From assembly GCA_028713575.1 (NCBI GenBank), contig JAQTOB010000001.1:60001-92000 (forward strand): DNA of 32,000 bases, given 5' to 3'. This stretch comes from Patescibacteria group bacterium (lineage in GTDB: Bacteria; Patescibacteriota; Patescibacteriia; UBA2591; UBA6264). The translations under genes were made by a program, and so were the position numbers. The notes beneath the pieces are model-generated. The model searched no databases and was not told where the DNA came from. It saw only the letters and a program-made list of their open reading frames with translations. Below are positions 6,115 to 15,173 of the stretch, piece by piece (the first letter of the stretch is position 1; each line of letters begins with the position of its first letter).

Positions 6115-8331
6115 ATGTATCTTAAGTGTTTAGAAATAATCGGTTTTAAATCTTTTGCTCATCGGACTGTTTTAGAATTTCTTAGTCCAAGAAAAAATGA
6201 CTTTACCATTACTTCAATCGTCGGACCAAATGGTTCGGGAAAATCAAATTTAGTTGAGGCAATTCGCTGGGCCCTGGGTGAACAAAGTTTAAAAACTTTA
6301 AGGGGAAAAAAATCTCAAGATATTATTTTTTCCGGGTCTCTTCAAAAGACCCATTTAAATTTAGCCGAAGTCACACTATTTTTTAATAATGAAGACAGGG
6401 CCGCACCCATTGATTATAAGGAATTTACTATTACTCGTCGTATTTTCCGCAATGGCGAAAGTGAATATTTGATAAATAAAAGCAGGGTTCGATTGCAGGA
6501 CGTTGTTATTCTTTTGGCTAAAAGTAATTTTGGTCAAAAAAGTTATAGCATTGTTGGTCAGGGTTTAGTTGATCAAATTTTGCAATCTTCGCCGGTAGAA
6601 AGAAAAAAATTTTTTGATGAAGCAACGGGAATAAAACAATACCAAATTAAAAAAGACGAAGCAGTTAGAAAAATAGAAAAAAGTCAAATAAATCTGCAAC
6701 AAGCCAATATCGCCTTATCTGAGATTACCCCCCACCTTCGCTCTTTAACCAGACAAATTAATAAACTTGAAAAACGTCAAGAAATTGAAAATCAACTTAT
6801 TCAATTACAAGAAAATTATTACGGATCTTCTTGGCAGGACATTAATCAACAATTTATTGTTTTAAAAGAAAAAATTGAAATGAAAGAAAAAGAACATCAT
6901 TTGGTTGATAAGGAGTTAAATAATATCCAAAAAGAATCGGAAAGTTTAGTTTATGAAAAAATCGGCAATCAATATGAAAAAATTCAAGAAAAATACAAAC
7001 AAGCCGTTGAGCTAAAAAATAGACAACTTGAAAAACAATCTATTGTCAATGCCCAGTTAATGTTTGAAAAAGAAAAAGAAAAAAGATGGTCGCCTAAAAT
7101 TGATTTTGAAGTGGACAAAAAAATAGTTTTCTCCGATTTAAAGCAATTATCGTCTAATCAAAAAGAATTTTTAAACCATTTAGAAAATCTTTTTCATGGT
7201 CAAAATTTTGAAAAAATTAAGAAATGGGCGGAAAAAATATTTGAAAAAATAGAACAATGTTTAAAACGCTTTAATCCCGTTGAAAATGAAACTAAAAACG
7301 AAAATTTAGAAGAAAAAAAAATAAAAGAACTGGAAGAAAAAAAAGAAAAATATCAATTAGAAATTAAACGATTAGACGAGGAAACCGAAAAATTTAACAA
7401 AGAATTAAGTCAATTCAATGAAAAAGAAAGGGAGAAGCGGCAACAACTTTTAAATTGGCAAAAAAATATTCAAAATAAACAATCTCAATTAAATGAATTG
7501 ATGTATAAAATTAATGAATTTAAAATAGATTTGGCGCGATTAGAAACGAAAAAAGATATGTTAGAAAATGAAATTAATCAAGAAATGGGACCCCGGAGCC
7601 GGGAAATTATTAACGCGGAAAAAAAACAATGGGAAATTACAAAAGTAGACCATCTTTCTGTCCAAATTTATAAATTAAAACATGAATTAGAATTAATTGG
7701 AAGCATTGACCCCGAAGTAACAAAAGAATATCCCCATATTCGTGAACGATATGAATTTTTAAGCACACAAACCGAGGACTTAAAACAGGGCATAAAATCA
7801 TTAAATAAAATAATTCAAGAATTGGACCAAAAAATAAAAAATCAATTCAAAAATAATTTTCATCAAATTAATCAGGAATTTGACCGTTATTTTAAAATTA
7901 TTTTCGGCGGGGGAAAAGCAAAAATCGTTCTTCAGGAACAAAAAACCGATGTAGAAGTGGAAGAAAACGAATCTTATAAAAATTCTCTTGCTGACGGAAT
8001 TGACATCTTGGCCGTTCCTCCTGGTAAAAAAATAAAAAACGTTGAAGCGCTTTCCGGCGGAGAAAGAGCCCTTACTTCATTGGCTCTTATTTGCGCTGTC
8101 ATCGCCATTAACAAGCCTCCATTTGTCGTTTTAGACGAAGTTGATGCCGCCCTGGATCAAGAAAATTCTTTTCGGTTTGCGGGCATTTTAAAAGAATTAA
8201 GAAAGAATTCTCAATTCATTGTCATTACCCACAATCAACAAACCATTGAAGGGGCAGATATTCTTTACGGGGTGACTATGGGACATGACGGGGTCTCTCG
8301 TTTCGTTTCTTTAAATTTAGGAAAAGAATAA
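6115..8331 (+). CDS. smc: SMC-family chromosome condensation ATPase, unusually short (738 aa) with no recognisable hinge
   Basis: The N-terminal head matches SMC closely: MYLKCLEIIGFKSFA..., Walker A GPNGSGKS, and the Q-loop region SIVGQG. The C-terminal head has the signature LSGGERALT, Walker B VVLDEVDAALD and the H-loop ITHN. The ~420 aa between are Lys/Glu/Gln-rich heptad-like sequence. Gene order is rnc-smc. Confidence 0.85.
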   Translation: MYLKCLEIIGFKSFAHRTVLEFLSPRKNDFTITSIVGPNGSGKSNLVEAIRWALGEQSLKTLRGKKSQDIIFSGSLQKTHLNLAEVTLFFNNEDRAAPIDYKEFTITRRIFRNGESEYLINKSRVRLQDVVILLAKSNFGQKSYSIVGQGLVDQILQSSPVERKKFFDEATGIKQYQIKKDEAVRKIEKSQINLQQANIALSEITPHLRSLTRQINKLEKRQEIENQLIQLQENYYGSSWQDINQQFIVLKEKIEMKEKEHHLVDKELNNIQKESESLVYEKIGNQYEKIQEKYKQAVELKNRQLEKQSIVNAQLMFEKEKEKRWSPKIDFEVDKKIVFSDLKQLSSNQKEFLNHLENLFHGQNFEKIKKWAEKIFEKIEQCLKRFNPVENETKNENLEEKKIKELEEKKEKYQLEIKRLDEETEKFNKELSQFNEKEREKRQQLLNWQKNIQNKQSQLNELMYKINEFKIDLARLETKKDMLENEINQEMGPRSREIINAEKKQWEITKVDHLSVQIYKLKHELELIGSIDPEVTKEYPHIRERYEFLSTQTEDLKQGIKSLNKIIQELDQKIKNQFKNNFHQINQEFDRYFKIIFGGGKAKIVLQEQKTDVEVEENESYKNSLADGIDILAVPPGKKIKNVEALSGGERALTSLALICAVIAINKPPFVVLDEVDAALDQENSFRFAGILKELRKNSQFIVITHNQQTIEGADILYGVTMGHDGVSRFVSLNLGKE

Positions 8332-8347
8332 AAAATAAAATAAAAAA

Positions 8348-8370
8348 AGGAAGTTAAGCTTCTCTTTTTT
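8348..8370. terminator. Weak bidirectional terminator-like hairpin between convergent smc and mreB
   Basis: GGAAG (8349-8353) pairs with CTTCT (8359-8363) to form a 5-bp stem including one G-U pair, with a 5-nt loop. An A-run lies upstream and a T-run downstream. Confidence 0.3.
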
Positions 8371-8462
8371 ATTTTTAAAATTAATTCCTCTTCTTTTAAA
8401 TATTATCAAAAATTATAACAAAGTTATTTTCAATTCATCTTAAATTAAAAATAAAAAAAAAG

Positions 8463-9500
8463 TCAATCCCGAGCCGAAGGAATAAAAACCTGTTTAAGAT
8501 TTTCAAAATCTTCTAAAATTAGCCCCGTTCCTCTAATAATAGCGGTAGAGGGGTCGTCCGTAACAATAACCGGAATGTTTATTTTTTTTTGAATAATCTT
8601 ATCTAATCCTCTTAGTTGAGCGCCACCACCAGAAAGAATAATGCCTCTTTCATAAATATCAGAGACCAATTCAGGCGGGGTCGCTTCTATAGTTTCGTGG
8701 ATACCTTCTATAATGGTCTTAAGCGAAGGCATTATTGCTTCTCTAACTTGTTCTTCGTTAACTAAAATCTCTTTAGGCAGTCCCTTAACCAAATCGCGTC
8801 CCTTAACTTTAATTTCTTGATTTTTATTATTAAAGGCCGAACCAATTTTAATTTTTATTTCTTCGGCGGTTTGATCTCCTAAAAGGACTCCAAACTTCTC
8901 GCGAACATAACCGATAATATTTTTATTCAATAATTCACCGCCCATCTTCAAAGATTTTTTAGAGACTATCCCATTAAGAGAAATGACTGCGGCCTCAGAT
9001 AATCCTCCGCCTAGTTCAACAATAAGATTGCCTATAGATTCTTGAATGGGCAATCTAACTCCAATGGCGGCCGCGACAGGTCTTTCAACTAAAAAAACTT
9101 CTCTAGCGCCGGCCTGAAGGATTACGTCTTCTAAAGATTTTTTTTCTACCTCTGTAACATCAAGAGGAATAGCGGCAACAACCCTGGGCCGAGGAACTAA
9201 AGTAAATGTATCTCGGTGAACTTTTTCAAAAATTAACTTCAACATCTTTTCTGTAACTTCAAAATCAGAAATTACGCCGTGATTTAATGGTTTAATAATT
9301 AAAATGTGATTAGGCGATTTGCCCATCATTTTTAAAGCATTATTGCCAATGGCAACGATTTGGTCATTTCTTAAATTAACGGCCACCACAGAAGCTTCAT
9401 TAATTACTAATCCACGTCCTCGTACGTAAACGCGAACATTGGTTGTTCCTAAATCAATGCCAATATCTTTTGAGAATAAACCGAAAAATTTTTTTAACAT
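8463..9500 (-). CDS. mreB: Rod shape-determining actin homolog MreB (divergent paralog 1)
   Basis: 345 aa. Phosphate-1 GIDLGTTN and adenosine motif LSGGGAQLRGLD are canonical. The phosphate-2 motif reads VELGGGLSE instead of DIGGGTTE. A GAGGAG Shine-Dalgarno sequence lies upstream. The stop is TGA. Confidence 0.88.
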   Translation of the reverse strand: MLKKFFGLFSKDIGIDLGTTNVRVYVRGRGLVINEASVVAVNLRNDQIVAIGNNALKMMGKSPNHILIIKPLNHGVISDFEVTEKMLKLIFEKVHRDTFTLVPRPRVVAAIPLDVTEVEKKSLEDVILQAGAREVFLVERPVAAAIGVRLPIQESIGNLIVELGGGLSEAAVISLNGIVSKKSLKMGGELLNKNIIGYVREKFGVLLGDQTAEEIKIKIGSAFNNKNQEIKVKGRDLVKGLPKEILVNEEQVREAIMPSLKTIIEGIHETIEATPPELVSDIYERGIILSGGGAQLRGLDKIIQKKINIPVIVTDDPSTAIIRGTGLILEDFENLKQVFIPSARD

Positions 9501-9642
9501 AATAGTCTCCTCTTTTCAAATTCCAAATTATAAACACCAAGCGCCAAATAAATTTTAAGATTTTTTAGATTTCAAATTTTGGTCTTTAAGTGTTATTTGA
9601 AATTTGAGATTTATTGTTTAATATTTCCGCTCAGAATGCGGC
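9501..9642 (-). repeat. Intergenic cassette copy 2 (proS stop to mreB start); related to 2790-2979
   Basis: On the minus strand it begins directly after the proS stop with GCCGCATTCTGAGCGGAAAT. It contains a 9-bp inverted repeat ATTTCAAAT/ATTTGAAAT and a TATAAT hexamer (9527-9532 on the minus strand). It ends TTTGAAAAGAGGAGACTATTATG. Confidence 0.55.
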
Positions 9643-11103
9643 CTAATAACTTTGAGCAAATAACCATCGATGTTTAGCTTGTTGACCGCAATAAATACAT
9701 TTACCTTTTTGTTGTTTATTTATTTCTTTTAATTCTAAAACGCGAGTGCTTAATTTTGTTTCTTGTTTTATTTTTTCTTCACATTCTTTTCTTCCGCACC
9801 AAAAGGCCCTAAGAAACATTTTTTGTCCTCTAACCATTTCTTTAAATTCTTTATATTCATTGACCTCTTTAGTCATATCTCTTTTTATTTTGTCTGATTT
9901 AGACAACATATCTTTTTGAATTTTAACCAATAAATCATCTATTTCTTTTAAATTGTTGATTGAAATCAATCCTTGTTCAAAATTATCTCTTCTCACAAAC
10001 CTTATTTTCTTTTGAGAAACCTCTTCATTTCCTATCTCCAGCCTTAAAGGAACCCCTTTTATTTCCCATTCATTTATCCGATAACCGAGTGAATATTTAA
10101 ATTCCCTGTCAATCTTCACTCTTAATCCTTTGGCAACCAATTTTTCGTAAATTTTTTGACTATATTTTTCTGTTTTATCAAATTTCCCTTCTTGTTTTGA
10201 GGGAATAACCAAAATAACTAATTGCGGGTCAGCAACTTTGGGTGGGAGAATCAAGCCTGAATCATCTCCATGAATCAAAACCAAACCACCAATTGAACGA
10301 GTAGAAAGCCCCCATGAAGTCTGCCACGGATGACATTTTTCCCCCCGATTGTCTAAAAAAGTTATATTAAAAACTTTTGAAAAATTATCGCCTAAATTAT
10401 GCGAAGTGGCGGCCTGTAAAGCCTTTCCATTGGGGATCACCAATTCAATTGAATAAGTGGTTTTAGCACCAGCAAATTTTTCCTGGTCGCTTTTAATGCC
10501 TATATAAGGAGATATGGCAAAATGTTCTTTATAAAAATCTTCGTACCATTTCAAAGCCTTTAAGGCCATTGAGACTGCTTCTGCTTCTGTTTGATGAACA
10601 GTGTGTCCTTCTTGCCATAAAAATTCCGTAGTTCTTAAAAAGGGATATGTTCTTTTTTCCCAACGAATTATGTTGCACCATTGATTTATTTTTAACGGCA
10701 AATCGCGATAACTATGTATCCAGTCGGCAAATGTTTTATACATAATTGTTTCTGAAGTTGGCCTTAAAACATATGGTTCTGATAATTTTTCCCCTCCGGC
10801 ATGGGTAACAACCGCCAATTCCGGAGAAAATCCCTCTAAGTGTTCTTTTTCTTTTTTCAAAAGATAATAAGGAATCATCAACGGGAAATAATAATTTTTG
10901 ATATCATCTTCCTTAAATTTTTGGTCAAGCGTGGCCTGAACTTTTTCCCAAAGAGCATAACCATTGGCTTTAATAATCATACTTCCCTTTACTTCTGAAT
11001 AATCAGCTAAATCGGCCAAAACAACAACATTATTATACCAATCAGCCATATTCTCTGACTTCTTGGTTAGTCCCTTTTTCCGAAAACCTTTTTCTTGTTT
11101 CAT
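9643..11103 (-). CDS. proS: Proline--tRNA ligase, archaeal/eukaryote-like type
   Basis: 486 aa. Class II core (RPTSE, ...FLRTTEFLWQEGHT...) without the bacterial INS editing domain. It has a C-terminal Cys-rich domain (C..C...C..C) ending in the conserved terminal Tyr (...FAQSY*). Confidence 0.92.
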   Translation of the reverse strand: MKQEKGFRKKGLTKKSENMADWYNNVVVLADLADYSEVKGSMIIKANGYALWEKVQATLDQKFKEDDIKNYYFPLMIPYYLLKKEKEHLEGFSPELAVVTHAGGEKLSEPYVLRPTSETIMYKTFADWIHSYRDLPLKINQWCNIIRWEKRTYPFLRTTEFLWQEGHTVHQTEAEAVSMALKALKWYEDFYKEHFAISPYIGIKSDQEKFAGAKTTYSIELVIPNGKALQAATSHNLGDNFSKVFNITFLDNRGEKCHPWQTSWGLSTRSIGGLVLIHGDDSGLILPPKVADPQLVILVIPSKQEGKFDKTEKYSQKIYEKLVAKGLRVKIDREFKYSLGYRINEWEIKGVPLRLEIGNEEVSQKKIRFVRRDNFEQGLISINNLKEIDDLLVKIQKDMLSKSDKIKRDMTKEVNEYKEFKEMVRGQKMFLRAFWCGRKECEEKIKQETKLSTRVLELKEINKQQKGKCIYCGQQAKHRWLFAQSY

Positions 11104-11108
11104 GGTGT

Positions 11109-12284
11109 TTAAAATAATTGAATTATTTCTTTATAGGTTATGATAATTAAAATTAATAATAAAATATAAAATCCTAAATTAATTAAAATCATCTCTGTTC
11201 GGCGATTAATCGGCTTTCTTTTAATTCCCTCAATAAAAGAAAATAGTATTCTTGAACCATCCAAACCGGGGAACGGAATGATTTGAAAAGAACCAATGGC
11301 GATTGAGATTAATCCTAAAAATTGTAAAAAATAAACAATACCAATTTTTGCCACTTCACTGGTCATGGCGGCAATTCCGATTGGTCCTAACATTTTTCCG
11401 ACAACTCTTTGATTAATTACAAGGCTTTTCAAAATCATCCATAGGCCGGAAAAAATTTGAGCAATAAGAGAAATTGTCGCCTGAAAACCAAGCCCGATTG
11501 ACCTAAATAAAGGATAAGCAACAATCGCCGTTTGACTTAAAGAAACGCCAATAACTCCAGATGATTTGTTTAATTCTTCTAAATCATTAAAAATGTCTTC
11601 GGCCGCAACTATATTTACTTCTTTTACAAGCGTCTCCTTTTGTCGAATAATTTCTATATTTAAAGACTTATTAATATTTGATTTAATATAATCTTGAATC
11701 TCTTTTATGTTTTGAGACCGTTGGCCGTCCAAAGAAACAATAATATCCCCTATTTTCAACCCGGCGATATCGGCCGGAGAATCGGGCATTATCATATCAA
11801 TTTGAATCCCAACTGGACGTAAAATTTTCCCTCCATTTACTTCTCCAATGTCTCGCGGAATGCCAATTAAAAAACAAAAAGTATAAATTAAAAAAGCGAG
11901 GAAAAAATTCATCAATACTCCACCTAAAGCGATTAAGGCCTTTTTCCACCATGGCTGACTAAAAAAACTATCAGAATCGTTATCTTCGTCCCCCAGCTCT
12001 CCTTTAATTTTATTAAAGCCACCAAAGGGGATTAAATTTATTGAATAAATTGTATTCTTCTCTGCTTGGGTTGGTATATTTTTCCCTAAAAAAAATTTTA
12101 TCTTTAATTTTTTCCAAAATCCCAAAAACCCTGATTTATAAAAAACAAATCCCCCCAAACGGGGCGGATAGCCAAGTCCAAATTCTTCTACCTTAACTCT
12201 AAAAATTTTGGCGAATAAAAAATGACCAAATTCATGAAAAAAAACCAAAACGCTTAGACCAATAATGGCCAAAAAAATAGACAT
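11109..12284 (-). CDS. rseP: RIP metalloprotease RseP (site-2 protease, M50 family, with PDZ domain)
   Basis: 391 aa. HEFGHF zinc motif in the first TM segment, a central PDZ-like segment (PADIAGLKIGDIIVSLDG), and a C-terminal ...PFPGLDGSR motif. Confidence 0.9.
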   Translation of the reverse strand: MSIFLAIIGLSVLVFFHEFGHFLFAKIFRVKVEEFGLGYPPRLGGFVFYKSGFLGFWKKLKIKFFLGKNIPTQAEKNTIYSINLIPFGGFNKIKGELGDEDNDSDSFFSQPWWKKALIALGGVLMNFFLAFLIYTFCFLIGIPRDIGEVNGGKILRPVGIQIDMIMPDSPADIAGLKIGDIIVSLDGQRSQNIKEIQDYIKSNINKSLNIEIIRQKETLVKEVNIVAAEDIFNDLEELNKSSGVIGVSLSQTAIVAYPLFRSIGLGFQATISLIAQIFSGLWMILKSLVINQRVVGKMLGPIGIAAMTSEVAKIGIVYFLQFLGLISIAIGSFQIIPFPGLDGSRILFSFIEGIKRKPINRRTEMILINLGFYILLLILIIITYKEIIQLF

Positions 12285-12523
12285 ATCAAATTTATTAAAA
12301 TTTTATATCCGTTGGCTAATTTCGCCAGTCAGCAAGAAATTAAATTTTACTGTGAATTTAAGTGCCTCGTTAAATAAACAAAAAATATAATTTATCTTTA
12401 ATAAAAATAAAATAATTAATTTCTTTAAATTTTTCAAGCATCTTTCTTAATCTTTGTCTAAAAAGGCAAAAGTTTTGTTGCTGAAATTGTAATAGCCCTG
12501 TCTTTCAATTTTAAAAAAACATT

Positions 12524-13075
12524 TTAAATTGAAATTATTTCTTTCTCTTTTCTTTCGCCAATTAATTTCACCTCCTCTTGATAATCGCCTGCCATTTTGT
12601 CTAGTTTTTCAAAAAGGCGATATTTATCATCTTCACTTATTTCTTTAGATCTCTCGGATTTAACAATTTCTTCTTTTATTGAATCGCGAATCGCTCTTAA
12701 AGATTTTCTGGCGCTCTCAAGTTTTAAGTGTAAAATTTTAACCAAATCTTTTCTTCTTTCTTCGTTTAACGGCGGCAATGTTAAGCGAATTACTCCCTCG
12801 TTTACCATTGGTGGGGCACCAACGTCTGACTTGGATAAAGATTTTTCAATTTCTTTAATTATATTTTTGTCCCAAGGCTGGATGACAATTGTTCTCGGCT
12901 CAGGAACACTTAAAGTCGCCAATTGTTCCAAGGGGGTTTTTGTTCCATAAACTTCTATTAAAATGTGGTTTATTAATTCAGGATTAGCGCGATTGGTTCT
13001 TACGCTTTGAATATCTTTTTTTAAAAAATCAATTGTTTTAGTAAATTCTTCTTGATGTGATTCTGTTATATTCAT
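12524..13075 (-). CDS. frr: Ribosome recycling factor
   Basis: 183 aa. Typical RRF pattern: ...SVRTNRANPELINHILIEVYG...PLEQLATLSVPEPRTIVIQPWD... Confidence 0.93.
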   Translation of the reverse strand: MNITESHQEEFTKTIDFLKKDIQSVRTNRANPELINHILIEVYGTKTPLEQLATLSVPEPRTIVIQPWDKNIIKEIEKSLSKSDVGAPPMVNEGVIRLTLPPLNEERRKDLVKILHLKLESARKSLRAIRDSIKEEIVKSERSKEISEDDKYRLFEKLDKMAGDYQEEVKLIGERKEKEIISI

Positions 13076-13079
13076 AGAT

Positions 13080-14114
13080 TTATTTTGAAATATTAATTAG
13101 ACCTAAATAAAGTATGTTGGTGTTAATTGGATCAATTAATATTTTATTTGGGACTCTTTTGCTAGGCAAAGACTTGGTTGTCCAATTTTCTCCGCCATCA
13201 ACCGATTTATAAATTGTTTTTTGAGTCGCATAATAAATAATATCTGGATTGTGAGGATTAATTGCGACAACATAAATCTTTAACCCTCGATTGGAAGAAA
13301 TTAATTTATATTCTCTCCAATTTTTTCCACCGTTTTCGGTATGAAATAATCCGTTATTTTTAACCATTAATAAGGCGTCTGAAAAATTCTGATTTAAAAT
13401 AATCTGTTCTGGATTTCCCGATTGATAATTCTCTTTTAAAGAAACCCATGTTATTCCTTGGTCTTCTGAACGATAAGCCTCTTTATCTTTGGCCAATAAA
13501 TAAATTATTTGAACATTATAAGGATTGATTAATATCTGTTGCACTTCTCTTCCAAAATTATATAAATTTGTCCAACTAATGCCGTTATTTTCGCTTTTGA
13601 TAAGTCGACCATCTGAAAGTCCGGCATAAATGAAATTATTAAACAAAGGATTAATCGCCAAAGATTTTATCTCCACTCCCGGCAATGATTCTAAATAAAC
13701 ATTTTCCCAAGTTCGATTAGCGTCCCTTGTTCTAAATATTTTTCCCTCAATGGCGACATAAACAACGTGTTTGGCCTTGGGGTCAACGGCGACAACATTG
13801 ATTTTTCCATTTGGCAATCTTCTAACCCTCTCCCATGATTCTGCCGCGTCAAAACTTACAAAAAGACCATCCCTTCTAGTCCCTAAATAGATTGTTCCTG
13901 TATCTTGAGGGTCAAAACAAAGTTCGGTCACCTCAACATTATCTAAAATGTTATTTTCTTGTGGCAAACTTAAAAAAACCGATTTCTGTCGCCAGCGCTC
14001 CATTTCGTCAACTGATTTATAAACACCGCCATCAAATGCCCCCCTCTCTATTTTAATACAACCGCCAGTAACAAATAAAATAAATAATAAAATTGCAATT
14101 GATCTTTTTTTCAT
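13080..14114 (-). CDS. BNR/Asp-box repeat beta-propeller lipoprotein (Ycf48/sialidase-like fold)
   Basis: About six Asp-box-like repeats: SFDAAESW, TRDANRTW, SENNGISW, SEDQGITW, TENGGKNW, SVDGGENW. The N-terminus MKKRSIAILLFILFVTGGC is a lipoprotein signal with a lipobox Cys. The start is set at the ATG at 14114; the track start at 14120 is a TTG. Confidence 0.75.
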   Translation of the reverse strand: MKKRSIAILLFILFVTGGCIKIERGAFDGGVYKSVDEMERWRQKSVFLSLPQENNILDNVEVTELCFDPQDTGTIYLGTRRDGLFVSFDAAESWERVRRLPNGKINVVAVDPKAKHVVYVAIEGKIFRTRDANRTWENVYLESLPGVEIKSLAINPLFNNFIYAGLSDGRLIKSENNGISWTNLYNFGREVQQILINPYNVQIIYLLAKDKEAYRSEDQGITWVSLKENYQSGNPEQIILNQNFSDALLMVKNNGLFHTENGGKNWREYKLISSNRGLKIYVVAINPHNPDIIYYATQKTIYKSVDGGENWTTKSLPSKRVPNKILIDPINTNILYLGLINISK

Positions 14115-14182
14115 AAACAAAATTTTAAATTTTTATTAACCGAAATAAATAAAATTTTATATTTATTCCAATCTAATTTTTA

Positions 14183-15142
14183 TTATAAATAATTAATCAA
14201 CAAATTTTCAATCGCCATCCTGGGATTTACATTCATTGTTAAAAATAATCTTGTCTGATAAATTTCTTCAATTAAATCTTTTATTTTTTCAAATGAATAA
14301 TTTTGGGATAAAATCTTCAATTGTTTAAAAAATTCTTGATTAATCGGCTCAAGGCCTAATTTTATTAACAAAATATCCCTAATAATAATCAAAAAATTTT
14401 CTAAGGCCTCTTTTTGAGGGGTCTCTGAATTTATAATCAAATCCGTTAATTTAAATTTATTGTCTGATTCATTAATGTTCAAAAGCGACAATATCTGGCT
14501 TGTTGTTTTTTTTATTTGCGTGATTTTTTCCGTATTTTTGGCAAGTTCAAGGGCTCGTCCCGGACGACCTAAAGACAATTTTAAAATTTCTGACAACTCT
14601 AATTGACTTAAAGAATGTTTATTTTTCAAATAAGCCATTATTTCCTTTGTTCCCGGAAAATTAAATTTTAAAGCCTGGCAACGTGAACGAAGCGTAGGGA
14701 TAATATTATTAAAACTTCTACTAATTAAAATAATAATTGATTTTTTCGGCGGTTCTTCTAAGGCCTTTAAAAGGGAATTAGAAGCCTGTAAAGTAAGATT
14801 ATCTGCTTCTTCTATTATAGCAATTTTATAAGGGGCTGCAAATGGGGTAGAAAAAATAAAAGACTGGATTTGACGAATCTGTTCAACTCCTATTTTCTCT
14901 TTCTTCAAAGAACCATGAAGCCAAAAAATATCGGGATGAATTTTCTGATTAATTTGTTGACAAAGATGGCATTCGCGAAATTCTTCTTTACATAAGCAGA
15001 ACAAACGAGTGATAAAATGTTCCGCTACTGTTGCTTTTCCAATATTTTCAGGTCCGTAAAATAGATAAGCATGAGCTAATTGATTTTTGGCGATATTTTG
15101 CTCTAAAAAATAAATATTTTTTTGATGACCAATAATATTCAT
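14183..15142 (-). CDS. holB: DNA polymerase III delta-prime subunit
   Basis: MNIIGHQKNI...AHAYLFYGPENIGKATVA is a clamp-loader P-loop variant. Also present are a Cys4 module (C.C......C..C) and an SRC-like TLRSRCQ motif. The start is set at the ATG at 15142. The track start at 15208 is a TTG that overlaps the upstream gene by 35 nt. Confidence 0.82.
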   Translation of the reverse strand: MNIIGHQKNIYFLEQNIAKNQLAHAYLFYGPENIGKATVAEHFITRLFCLCKEEFRECHLCQQINQKIHPDIFWLHGSLKKEKIGVEQIRQIQSFIFSTPFAAPYKIAIIEEADNLTLQASNSLLKALEEPPKKSIIILISRSFNNIIPTLRSRCQALKFNFPGTKEIMAYLKNKHSLSQLELSEILKLSLGRPGRALELAKNTEKITQIKKTTSQILSLLNINESDNKFKLTDLIINSETPQKEALENFLIIIRDILLIKLGLEPINQEFFKQLKILSQNYSFEKIKDLIEEIYQTRLFLTMNVNPRMAIENLLINYL

Positions 15143-15173
15143 TTTAATTCCATAAATAAAAAATCCAATAAAA

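Noticed and set aside
12285-12523. A 239-nt gap between frr and rseP, the largest spacer in the window. It was examined for a small RNA gene, a degraded gene (uppS/cdsA usually lie here) or a riboswitch.
   Set aside because: Both strands were read. Only a ~23-codon AT-rich mini-ORF and trivial 4-bp stems were found, with no conserved RNA motifs I can recognise (SRP, tmRNA, RNase P, 6S). It cannot be called without a covariance-model search.
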